This document shows positions 17,464-26,036 of a stretch of DNA of 64,000 bases, piece after piece. Position numbers and translations under genes: made by a program. Origin of the DNA: a virus (Duplodnaviria > Caudoviricetes); IMG/VR virus record IMGVR_UViG_3300014596_000012, positions 2,713 to 66,712 of that record; one strand, 5' to 3'. The number at the start of each line of letters is the position of its first letter. Position 1 is the stretch's first letter. Under the pieces are notes generated by a model. That model was not told where the DNA came from, did not search any database, and saw only the letters and a program-made list of their open reading frames with translations.

Positions 17464-19121
17464 TGTATAACACTCACTTAGCCGAACTACCCACAAATAA
17501 AGAAGAACTGGAAAGATGCCTGGCTGACCCACAGTGGCGTATTTTTTCAGGCTGTCTATATAAGATCAAAATTAAGGGTGATGACTTTAAGGATGACTTG
17601 GGAAATGTCATTGAAGCCGATACTTTTGAACTGCCATTTAAACCGAACGCTGCACAGATCAAATTTTTAAACCGGTTGTGGCACCGCAATATTATCTTAA
17701 AAGCACGTCAGCTTGGTTTTACTACGCTGATCTGTATCTTGTGGCTGGACCATGCACTGTTCAATGCTAACCAGAACTGCGCCATTATCGCTCAGGACTT
17801 GCCGACGGTTTTCAGTATCTTCAAGGACAAGATCAAGTTTGCCTATGACAACCTTCCAGATGAAATCAGAGCACGCTTTCCTTTAAAAGCCTACAACAAG
17901 TCAGAAATTGAGTTTGGCCACAATGGATCAAGCATCCGTGTAGCGACATCATTCCGTTCCGGTACCATCCACCGCATGCTGATTTCCGAGTTCGGTAAGA
18001 TCTGTGCGAGTGATCCGGCCAAAGATGATGAGGTTATTACCGGTTCGATCCCAACTGTACCGACCAATGGTGTGCTGGTGATTGAATCCACGGCGGAAGG
18101 ACGTAACGGTTCATTCTATGCAATGGTTCAGGCAGCACAGACCAACTACTTACTCCGTAAAATTCTCACATCCAAGGATTACCGCTTCCATTTCTATGCA
18201 TGGTGGCAAGAGCCCAAGTACCGGATTGATTCTACTCAAGTCAATATTTCAGCCAGAGATCATGAAGAACTGGATGAAGTTGAGCTGATCGTACGCCAGA
18301 AAATGGGGATCAAGATGCGTCTCGATCCTGATCAGCGTGCCTGGTATGTGCTGACACGGGACAACGACCTTCGCGGTGATAGTGCCAAGATGTGGCAGGA
18401 ATATCCATCATTCCCTGATGAAGCATTCCAGGTGGCCAAAGATGGTAACTACTATGCCAAGGATATGCTGGCACTGCGTAAGCGTGGTGGTATTGGTCAG
18501 ATCGAAGTATTGGATGTACCGACTTATACCTATTGGGATATCGGGAATCATGACGGCTGTGCAATCTGGTACCAACAGATCATGAACGGCCAAGACCGTT
18601 TTATTCGCTACTACGAGAAGCATGGCCAAGATCTAAGACACTATGTAGCAGAGATCAAATCACACGATTACATCTACCACACCCACTTCCTGCCACACGA
18701 TGCCGCACACCAGCGCCTAGGTGACTTTAACAAGTCTGTTATGGAGCAGCTGGAAGAACTATTACCAGGACATAACTTTGTGATTGTGCCGCGTATTACT
18801 CAACTGATCCACGGTATTCAGTCCACACGTAAGCATCTAAAGAATGCTTGGTTCGATAAAGATGGCTGCAAATTGGGTATTGAGCGTATCGAAGGCTATC
18901 AGAAGAAATTCTCCAAAGCAGATAAATGCTTTATTGATCAGCCTAACAAGGCCAATGGTTGCTCGGAAGGTGCCGATGCATTACGTCAATGGGCACAAGC
19001 CAAAGATGCAGGGATGATCGAAGACATAGCAGACATGACGAGCCGTGTAGGGTTCGCAGAAGATGAACCAAAACGCCAAGATAACTACAACGATGAGCCA
19101 GTCGACTGGCGACTAATGTAG
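17460..19121 (+). CDS. terL: Terminase large subunit
   Basis: ILKARQLGFTT Walker A, ISEFG Walker B-like, ESTAEG, YWDIG nuclease, LPHDA. Confidence 0.92.
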   Translation: MMYNTHLAELPTNKEELERCLADPQWRIFSGCLYKIKIKGDDFKDDLGNVIEADTFELPFKPNAAQIKFLNRLWHRNIILKARQLGFTTLICILWLDHALFNANQNCAIIAQDLPTVFSIFKDKIKFAYDNLPDEIRARFPLKAYNKSEIEFGHNGSSIRVATSFRSGTIHRMLISEFGKICASDPAKDDEVITGSIPTVPTNGVLVIESTAEGRNGSFYAMVQAAQTNYLLRKILTSKDYRFHFYAWWQEPKYRIDSTQVNISARDHEELDEVELIVRQKMGIKMRLDPDQRAWYVLTRDNDLRGDSAKMWQEYPSFPDEAFQVAKDGNYYAKDMLALRKRGGIGQIEVLDVPTYTYWDIGNHDGCAIWYQQIMNGQDRFIRYYEKHGQDLRHYVAEIKSHDYIYHTHFLPHDAAHQRLGDFNKSVMEQLEELLPGHNFVIVPRITQLIHGIQSTRKHLKNAWFDKDGCKLGIERIEGYQKKFSKADKCFIDQPNKANGCSEGADALRQWAQAKDAGMIEDIADMTSRVGFAEDEPKRQDNYNDEPVDWRLM

Positions 19122-19134
19122 AACAGGTAGCAGC

Positions 19135-21432
19135 ATGCAGAATGATGAAAACTCAGTGACTGATACGCCAGAAGTTATAGATGAAATGGCATTGAACCTT
19201 CAAGAGCTCAATGAGATCCATGACGAGATAGAACAGCAACCATACTGGCGTACGACTGCAGATAAAGAAATGGACTATGCCGACGGCAACCAGCTGGACA
19301 GTGAATTACTGACCCGGATGAAGCTGATCGGTATTCCTCCTGCAATTGAGAATATGATTGGTCCTGCATTGCGTGCAATTGAAGGTCATGAACTGGAAAC
19401 ACGGACAGACTGGCGTGTGACACCCAATGGTGAACCTGGTGGACAAGATGTTGCAGATGCACTGAACTATAAGTTGAATCAGGCAGAGCGGCTATCCAAG
19501 GCAGATAAAGCGTGTAGTGATGCATTCCGACCTATGATTGGCTGTGGTATCGGTTGGGTTGAGGTCAAACGTGAAGCAGATCCGCTCAAGTATCCATATC
19601 GCTGTGTTGCAGTGAACCGCAATGAAATTCATTGGGATATGAAAGCCCAGGAAGATGATCTAAGTGATGCACGTTGGTTGCGTCGTAATCGCTGGGTACA
19701 TCCGCAGCGTCTTAAGATTGCATTCCCTCAGCATAAAGAGCTGATTGAAACGATTGGCCGACATGGTGCTTTGTGGTGGCAGCATGACAGTATGATTGAT
19801 GGTGGTAACTCTACCGGTCTGCGTAATGCCTGGGGTGATGCTCAAGCCTGGTCTAAGACTGAGCGTTTCTGGTTCGATCAGACTTCTAAAGAGATTAATG
19901 TCTCAGAAGTATGGTATCGCCGTTGGGTAGAACTGACCATGTTGCGCTTTGATGATGGCCGGATCGTTGAGTTTGACGAAAACAATCCAGCACATATTTA
20001 TGCTGCAGCAAATGGTTATGCCATTCCTGAACGTGCACCAGTGGCTAAAATGCGTCGTAGCTATTGGATGGGACCACATTGCTTATACGATGGGCCTACA
20101 CCATATCCCCATGAAAGTTTCCCATATGTCCCGTTTATAGGGTTCCGTGAGGACAATACCGGCATTCCATATGGCTTTGTACGTGACATGAAGTATAGCC
20201 AAGACCTGATCAATTCAACCCAGGCTAAATTGCGCTGGGGTTTAAGTTCGGTACGTGTGACCACTACACGTGGTGCATCACAGATGACACGTGGCCAGAT
20301 TATGCAGCAGATTGCACGTCCAGATGCCTACATTGAACTGAATCAGCAGCATATGGCCAAGACTGGAGCAAAGTTTGAAGTTGAACGTGACTTTGAGTTG
20401 AATCAGCACCAATTTAAGTTGCTTGAAGATAGCCGGATCTCGATTGAACGTACCAGTAGTATTACTTCAGGCTTTCAGGGCCGTCAGGGTACAGCAACCA
20501 GTGGACGACAAGAGCAGCTGCAGATTGATCAGTCGAATCAGGCATTGCGTAAAATCATGGATCACTTTAAGGAATCTCGAACCCTGGTCGGTGAGTTATT
20601 ACTTTCTATGATTGTAGAAGACTTAGGCAGCAAGGAAGAAGTAGTGGTGATCGAAGGTGATGCGATTACTGCAGAGCGTCGTGTGCATATCAATAAGCCT
20701 GAGACAGATCCAATGGGTTATACCTATCTGTCTAATGATGTACAGCGTACCCGGATCAAAGTCATTCTTGAGGATGTACCAAGTACCAGTGGTTTCCGTG
20801 CCCAGCAGCTTGCAGCATTGTCCGAAGTTACCAAATCCTTGCCACCGAATATCCAGCAGACGATTCTGCCGTACCTTATTGCGCTTACAGACACACCATT
20901 CAAGCGTGACATTATCCAAAGCATTCGTGATGCGGTGGATGCACCAACACCTGAGGAAGTGGAACAACGTATTAAGGATGCAGTGGCTCAGGCACTGAAA
21001 GAATCTGGCAATGAGATCAAGCTACAAGAATTGCGTTTGAAAGAGCGTAAAACAGAAAGTGATATCAAGTTGGTGGATGCTAAAGCTGTACAGACAGGTG
21101 TTCAGTCACAATACAGCGCAGTCCAAGGAGCAGTACAAGTGGCTCAGGTACCACAAGCAGCACCGATTGCCGATATCATTATGCAGGGTGCTGGGTATCA
21201 GCGTCCGAATCCAATGGGTGATGATCCGAACTTGCCTATACCTGGTGAAGTAGCAGCACGTGATATCCGCTCTCCATACCTGGAAGGGGAAGGTGCGCAG
21301 ATCGGCAGTGAAGGTATTGCTGATATGCAAGTACAGCAGAATACGTCGCCAATGAACCCACCGGTACCGCAGCAGCCATCTACTGGGTTGCAAGGAATTG
21401 AGACGGCGCGGACCAGTGATAATTTAAGTTAA
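19135..21432 (+). CDS. Portal protein (P22/N4-like, long C-terminal extension)
   Basis: 765 aa after terL; YADGNQ, FPYVPF.G, GFVRDMKYSQD, PATSGRQ-like motifs. Confidence 0.88.
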   Translation: MQNDENSVTDTPEVIDEMALNLQELNEIHDEIEQQPYWRTTADKEMDYADGNQLDSELLTRMKLIGIPPAIENMIGPALRAIEGHELETRTDWRVTPNGEPGGQDVADALNYKLNQAERLSKADKACSDAFRPMIGCGIGWVEVKREADPLKYPYRCVAVNRNEIHWDMKAQEDDLSDARWLRRNRWVHPQRLKIAFPQHKELIETIGRHGALWWQHDSMIDGGNSTGLRNAWGDAQAWSKTERFWFDQTSKEINVSEVWYRRWVELTMLRFDDGRIVEFDENNPAHIYAAANGYAIPERAPVAKMRRSYWMGPHCLYDGPTPYPHESFPYVPFIGFREDNTGIPYGFVRDMKYSQDLINSTQAKLRWGLSSVRVTTTRGASQMTRGQIMQQIARPDAYIELNQQHMAKTGAKFEVERDFELNQHQFKLLEDSRISIERTSSITSGFQGRQGTATSGRQEQLQIDQSNQALRKIMDHFKESRTLVGELLLSMIVEDLGSKEEVVVIEGDAITAERRVHINKPETDPMGYTYLSNDVQRTRIKVILEDVPSTSGFRAQQLAALSEVTKSLPPNIQQTILPYLIALTDTPFKRDIIQSIRDAVDAPTPEEVEQRIKDAVAQALKESGNEIKLQELRLKERKTESDIKLVDAKAVQTGVQSQYSAVQGAVQVAQVPQAAPIADIIMQGAGYQRPNPMGDDPNLPIPGEVAARDIRSPYLEGEGAQIGSEGIADMQVQQNTSPMNPPVPQQPSTGLQGIETARTSDNLS

Positions 21433-21508
21433 ATCATTGAAATTAAGAAATTCATCCCCAAAATCATGATATTAGGAATAACCCTAAGAAATATAGGATG
21501 CTATTAAA

Positions 21509-21832
21509 ATGTCAAAGAAGAAGCTGAATGTTACGGGCAGTCAAATTAAAAGTTATGACCTTCAGGTTAAAGATTTTAATCAAAATAATATTCAGTTTCA
21601 GCGAATATACTTGTCAATTCATGTAGATAATGGAGTTTATAATTATGAAATCTGTGAAGATGCAAGATTCACAATCGATTACTTGAAGGTTAAAATTCCA
21701 GAAGAATTGAACTACGCTATTGAGAATTTTAATAGAGTTGAAATTAGTGAGTATCCTGAGCGTAGCTATCTGTACTTCGAAGTACGACATAAAGATTTCA
21801 GACTAATGCAAGTTTCAGGCAGAAGGCTGTAA
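21509..21832 (+). CDS. AT-rich moron protein
   Basis: Own AT-rich leader and terminator. Confidence 0.65.
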   Translation: MSKKKLNVTGSQIKSYDLQVKDFNQNNIQFQRIYLSIHVDNGVYNYEICEDARFTIDYLKVKIPEELNYAIENFNRVEISEYPERSYLYFEVRHKDFRLMQVSGRRL

Positions 21833-21890
21833 TTTATATCTTGAAAATTAAATGACCAGATATTTTAAGCGTAATTTTAATTTTTCAATC

Positions 21891-21917
21891 AAGGCAGTCT
21901 ATTTGACTGCCTTTTTT
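21891..21917 (+). terminator. Intrinsic terminator
   Basis: AAGGCAGTC/GACTGCCTT plus T-run. Confidence 0.8.
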
Positions 21918-22017
21918 ATTTTGGAAAATTAATTAATCTATTCGCCTTTTTTTTATACAACACGACGTAACTCACAACAGCATCATCATCTGCATAGTCT
22001 TTGAGATGATGATGCAC

Positions 22018-22209
22018 ATGAAAAAAATAATTCTTCTGATCCTTCTCAGCTTGCTGATCTTTTCATTAATCCTCTATCGAGTGGAACGCCTTGGCCTTGC
22101 TGCGGTTGTCATTTCCTTGACAGTGTGCGCCTTGATCATCATGGCTGCGTCGTACCTGATGGAGCATGCATATATCAAAGACATTAATTCTAAAGATCGC
22201 CATAAATAA
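22018..22209 (+). CDS. Small two-TM membrane protein
   Basis: MKKIILLILLSLLIFSLIL...LGLAAVVISLTVCALIIMAA. Confidence 0.65.
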   Translation: MKKIILLILLSLLIFSLILYRVERLGLAAVVISLTVCALIIMAASYLMEHAYIKDINSKDRHK

Positions 22210-22226
22210 TCCACCAGGAGACATTC

Positions 22227-23057
22227 ATGTCACATACAGATGAACTAAAAGAACTTAGTGTAAAAGTTGATAAGTTTCTTGATACGCGCATCCCAATTTT
22301 GGATCAAATCTATGATCTGTGTTTGGCCATTGAAAAATGTGGTGCTTCACCAGAACTAACTGATGCAGTCACTAAGGCTGGTGCTTTACGTGAGCCAATA
22401 AGTGAATTGGTGAATCAAGCTCTTGCGCTTGGTATAGGTGAAGGCATTGCGAGCGTAAGTTTTAGTAATAGTCCTAAAGCTGAACTAGGTGAAGTTCTGC
22501 CAGAAGATCCTAAAGAGCCGTCAGAGTCAGAGGAAGGATCGAAGCTTTGCTCAGCATCAGCGGTTGGTTATAACTCAACCTTCACCGATCCAAATCTGAT
22601 CCGAGAACTGCGGGAATGTCTCGGTAATAACCATATTAAGTCTTATGGCTTGCGTGAATTGGTTGTAACGCGATTAGCAAAAGAACTCGGTGGGTCTACT
22701 GATGATATCAAAGTCAATTCAAGCGCTCAGAAATGTGCAAACAATTGTGATACAGCATCTTCAGATGCTTTAGCAGAAGTGTCGAATCGTGGTTTAGGCG
22801 ATCTACTACCTGAACATCCATGGGAAAGCATCCCAACACAGCAGGTTCTTAAGTATGTAGGCCCTGTGGCATTTGCATATGTCTGGGCAATTACCAGTAA
22901 TCAGCAGGATTATTGGACTTGCACGATATCTGTGAATCATGCGCCAGAACCTACGCCATCAATTACACAGAGTGGTATCACTGAAGAAGTGGCATTTGCA
23001 GCGGCAATCCGCACACTTAAAGAAATAGCCTATAAAAATGAATGGGTGCTGGGTTGA
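22227..23057 (+). CDS. Hypothetical phage protein
   Basis: 276 aa, AGGAG RBS. Confidence 0.7.
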   Translation: MSHTDELKELSVKVDKFLDTRIPILDQIYDLCLAIEKCGASPELTDAVTKAGALREPISELVNQALALGIGEGIASVSFSNSPKAELGEVLPEDPKEPSESEEGSKLCSASAVGYNSTFTDPNLIRELRECLGNNHIKSYGLRELVVTRLAKELGGSTDDIKVNSSAQKCANNCDTASSDALAEVSNRGLGDLLPEHPWESIPTQQVLKYVGPVAFAYVWAITSNQQDYWTCTISVNHAPEPTPSITQSGITEEVAFAAAIRTLKEIAYKNEWVLG

Positions 23058-23365
23058 GTAAGTATTCGGAACTCACAAAGCTGATCGATGAGGCATTGTC
23101 CATCGGTCAGCAGGCCGCAGATAAGACCAATGATGGTGGGACTGCGAATATGGATGCCTTGGTCATCTGTGGCCTGAAAGGCGTAAGAGAATCAACTTTG
23201 AATAATGCTGGGATCAGTTGTTATAAGCACTGGTCTTTTTCGGGTTCATTCGTATTAAACCGTTCATATGGCCAAGGCGATAAAAATACAGTTGGTATAG
23301 GTGCGGCTAAGGACTATTTAAAGTCTAAGGGTGTGGACTGTTATATCCATCATCAAATGGATTAA
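23042..23365 (+). CDS. Hypothetical phage protein
   Basis: 107 aa, coupled. Confidence 0.7.
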   Translation: MGAGLSKYSELTKLIDEALSIGQQAADKTNDGGTANMDALVICGLKGVRESTLNNAGISCYKHWSFSGSFVLNRSYGQGDKNTVGIGAAKDYLKSKGVDCYIHHQMD

Positions 23366-23379
23366 GGGATAAGAACATT

Positions 23380-23748
23380 ATGAGCAATATTAATGTTGGC
23401 ATGATTGGCACACCGTTCAAACTTTCTACATTGACCATGGCTATCGCTGTGGCCATTGCGACCCAACCAAAACAGGAAGATGAGCCGCACTGGTTGGATG
23501 CAGAGGAAGGGCCACTGGCCCATCGCTTCGACAACTTCCTGAATAGCTGGACTGACGATACCGAGTTCACTATTGAGCATGAGTCATCTGATGCACTGGA
23601 TTTGTACTGTATGACCGCAGATGGTATTCCGTTCTCATTCCGTCGTATCGATGACCGTTATAGTCTGCTATTCGATAATGAATCAGAAACAATCCAGCAA
23701 GAAACCTTTGAGTTTTTTGTTGAGCAATTAAAATTTTTACCACTTTGA
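23380..23748 (+). CDS. Hypothetical acidic protein
   Basis: 122 aa with N-terminal hydrophobic stretch. Confidence 0.6.
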   Translation: MSNINVGMIGTPFKLSTLTMAIAVAIATQPKQEDEPHWLDAEEGPLAHRFDNFLNSWTDDTEFTIEHESSDALDLYCMTADGIPFSFRRIDDRYSLLFDNESETIQQETFEFFVEQLKFLPL

Positions 23749-24315
23749 ACTGTTTGTATTTTTTTTATACACGTCGTCGTAAACCGGCGACTTACTATAA
23801 ATATATCGGGTGGTGCTGAGCATCATTCGGTAAACAAGCCAAGGTTTGTTTAATCTCCATTGACGGTTCGGAAAGACGAGCACATTGATTGAATCCACAG
23901 CTGATGTGGTGGAGTGATGCAAGTAGCAACTGGGGTTAGCCGCAGGGAAAGCAGAACCACAAGAAATCGTTTGTACCGTGCGCTTGTCAATCAATAAATG
24001 AAGGTTTTCACTGAACCAATTAAGTGATGACAAGCTAGGTAAAAAGCTGCTGACTGTTAGGAATAGACTAGTACCTATATTAAAGAGTGCGGACATGAAA
24101 AACAGTGGTCTACACAATAAAAGGCATTCCAAGCCTGTGAGTAATAGATCAGGATGCTCTTTTTAATATAGGTTTTGAAGAATTGAATGTCTTGGTTTAT
24201 GACGTGAACGGTTGACCCAACAATTGGGGAACGCGCATCCATTAAGCGCTTAATGGTATGAGTCGGAAGGAATACCGCAGAATGATAAACATGACAGCCT
24301 GGAAAGACAGGCAAA

Positions 24316-24363
24316 CCCATCTGATGAGCTTGTGAGACTCAAGCGAAACCGAAAGGTCATGGG
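24316..24363 (+). ncRNA. Type I hammerhead ribozyme
   Basis: CCCAT-CTGATGA-GCTTG(TGAGACT)CAAGC-GAAA-CC(GAAA)GG-TC-ATGGG; complete core with GUC cleavage triplet. Confidence 0.9.
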
Positions 24364-24602
24364 ACAGCGCAACACAATATGAATCGAAAGACATTGTGAG
24401 GACTGCTAGTGAATTTGCGCAAGTAGCTAGACGGCATAGCACGATATTGGTCGATTGTCCTTCAACGGGAATGAACCATAAAAGCCGCTACGGGCACAAG
24501 GGAAGTTGATGACAACTTGGAAAGACAAGTAGAGCGTTGCTATCTCTTAAAACTACTGCCGGTTCCCCTCGATGTTATTCGTAGCATCTTGTGGGAACGA
24601 AT

Positions 24603-24671
24603 CCTTGGCTGCAGGCGGTGCGCGTACCAATCCCTCAGGTACGGTAGGTTCGACTCCTACGCTCAGGGCCA
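24603..24671 (+). ncRNA. Non-canonical tRNA-like element with encoded CCA
   Basis: Acceptor CCTTGGC/GCTCAGG (6 of 7 pairs), T-arm GTAGG-TTCGACT-CCTAC, discriminator G, CCA; 6-bp middle hairpin with 9-nt loop, no variable loop, weak D-arm. Confidence 0.7.
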
Positions 24672-24701
24672 GATAATGCTGTGGGTTCTTAACCCTTTTT
24701 T

Positions 24702-24733
24702 GCCCACCTTTCCCCAAGGGTGGGCTTTTTTTT
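24702..24733 (+). terminator. Intrinsic terminator ending the RNA locus
   Basis: GCCCACC/GGTGGGC followed by 8 T. Confidence 0.85.
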
Positions 24734-24735
24734 AG

Positions 24736-25011
24736 GTGACTATGATGATAATGCTGCATTTAATTTCACGTGCTACAGCAAAAGAATATGGTCTTAAAAA
24801 ATACTTTACCGGAAAACCATGTCGTTATCGGCAGTATGCTGAGAGAAAAACAGGAAATAAGAACTGTACGTGTTTTTTATGTGAAGCCATTCATAGAACG
24901 CAAATGAAGGAATGGCGACAACATAATCCTGGTCATGTTACGAAATGGCGTAAAGAAAAAAGGGTTTCACCACATAACCCAACTTTCATTGAGAAGGAGA
25001 ATCAAAAATGA
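24736..25011 (+). CDS. Hypothetical protein with YFTGKPC Zn module
   Basis: RATAKEYGLKKYFTGKPC...CTCFLC. Confidence 0.65.
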   Translation: MTMMIMLHLISRATAKEYGLKKYFTGKPCRYRQYAERKTGNKNCTCFLCEAIHRTQMKEWRQHNPGHVTKWRKEKRVSPHNPTFIEKENQK

Positions 25012-25382
25012 GTTTGATTGATCGGTTGGGCGGGTATGGGAATGCTAAAGACATTATTACTCAAAATATAAAAGACTTCGAAGAAGCAGTTGATGAGGTT
25101 GGAATATATCACCCTTCTTCTGGGTGGATTGTTCACGAAGATTTAGTCAAAGCACTTCTCGAATATCGCCGTGAACATAATATGTATGAGGAAGGTGACA
25201 AGGTTGTCATGATCAGCAAAAGACGTGCACCAAAGTTATGGACTTGGATACATACAACCAATTGGCGTCCTAATCACTCTTTATTGGATTGTGGAGAAAA
25301 TTTGTTATACCCATTTAGTAATGATGAGTTTCGTCACGCTACTGATGCAGAGATCAAAGCCATGACCAGAGGTGCAGAGTGA
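25008..25382 (+). CDS. Hypothetical phage protein
   Basis: 124 aa, ATGA-coupled. Confidence 0.7.
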   Translation: MSLIDRLGGYGNAKDIITQNIKDFEEAVDEVGIYHPSSGWIVHEDLVKALLEYRREHNMYEEGDKVVMISKRRAPKLWTWIHTTNWRPNHSLLDCGENLLYPFSNDEFRHATDAEIKAMTRGAE

Positions 25383-25873
25383 ATAAAACTAGACTATGCA
25401 CTAAGTGCAAAACCAATCGTCCGCAGTCAACCTTCTATTCTTTGCATACTGTTTGCAAATTCTGTGTGTCTAAGAGAAACTGCGAAACTATTGAAGATGG
25501 CGCTAAGCGATATTTAGAACGTCGTCAATTGCCTATATTCATTGAAGCAGTGAAGCAAGAAAAAGAAAAGTCTGGTATGTCATGGGCGGCTTATTCATTA
25601 TCACTTGGATTTTCAAATAAAGATGTTGTATACGAATGGTTTCGTAGAGATAAGAAGCCGTCACAGCAATCTCAATTACACGTTAGTCAGAAACTCAATA
25701 TCCCCTATGAAGACTTTTTATTTATACAAAGTGAAAAGGGGGAATATCCATGTGGTCTGCGGATCTGTAATACCTGCCAGTCTGAGTTTCTGGTTTATAA
25801 GAAGCAGAACTACCTTACACATAATTGCGCCACATGCATCGATAGCAAAATCGATTATAAAAAAGCCACTTAA
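25379..25873 (+). CDS. Zn-finger plus HTH putative regulator
   Basis: CTKC...CKFC, GMSWAAYSLSLGFSNKDVVYEW, CNTC...CATC. Confidence 0.65.
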   Translation: MNKTRLCTKCKTNRPQSTFYSLHTVCKFCVSKRNCETIEDGAKRYLERRQLPIFIEAVKQEKEKSGMSWAAYSLSLGFSNKDVVYEWFRRDKKPSQQSQLHVSQKLNIPYEDFLFIQSEKGEYPCGLRICNTCQSEFLVYKKQNYLTHNCATCIDSKIDYKKAT

Positions 25874-25887
25874 TTAGTGGCTTTTTT
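25861..25887 (+). terminator. Intrinsic terminator
   Basis: AAAAGCCACT/AGTGGCTTTT plus T-run. Confidence 0.8.
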
Positions 25888-25909
25888 ATTGCCTACCTAT
25901 TGCCCCCGT

Positions 25910-25946
25910 GTAGGGTTCGACCACCTATTGCTCTATCCCAAATACT
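25910..25946 (+). promoter_or_regulatory. Late-promoter motif GTAGGGTTCG-N21-AATACT
   Basis: Upstream of scaffold-capsid operon. Confidence 0.7.
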
Positions 25947-26036
25947 CAAGCCTACGTTGAGCAATCGACAGCAAGCGACTCTTAAAAGTCAGCACTTCAC
26001 CTATATGCGGCTACAGCGATAAGTGGCAGGAAAGGC

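Larger units (their letters stand above)
23800..24733 (+). ncRNA. Large structured non-coding RNA locus (multi-domain)
   Basis: About 1 kb without a credible ORF, at least 15 helices, G-U wobbles consistent with + strand, ends in an intrinsic terminator; 5' end approximate. Confidence 0.75.

Noticed and set aside
19047-19086. Eighth GTAGGGTTCG copy in the end of terL before portal
   Set aside because: Perfect box, but the hexamer at 21 nt (AAGATA) lacks the conserved T; not counted, though it may be a binding site or weak promoter
24105-24150. Twister-like segment (TTCCAAGCC loop in a nested hairpin)
   Set aside because: No UAA cleavage loop or GAGGG-type pseudoknot partner found
24504-24535. 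Second hammerhead, hence a retrozyme or circular RNA
   Set aside because: TTGATGA instead of CTGATGA and no GAAA after the stem; only one ribozyme seen
24603-24671. Calling the element a canonical tRNA-Gly(CCC) or tRNA-Sec(UCA)
   Set aside because: 9-nt loop without purine 37, no variable region, G discriminator does not fit Gly, and UCA is off-centre
23737-24759. Five short ORFs in the track across the RNA locus (23737-24132, 24075-24320, 24242-24442, 24517-24735, 24553-24759)
   Set aside because: No RBS or coupling, mutually overlapping, mostly antisense, unprotein-like composition; structured RNA explains the region better
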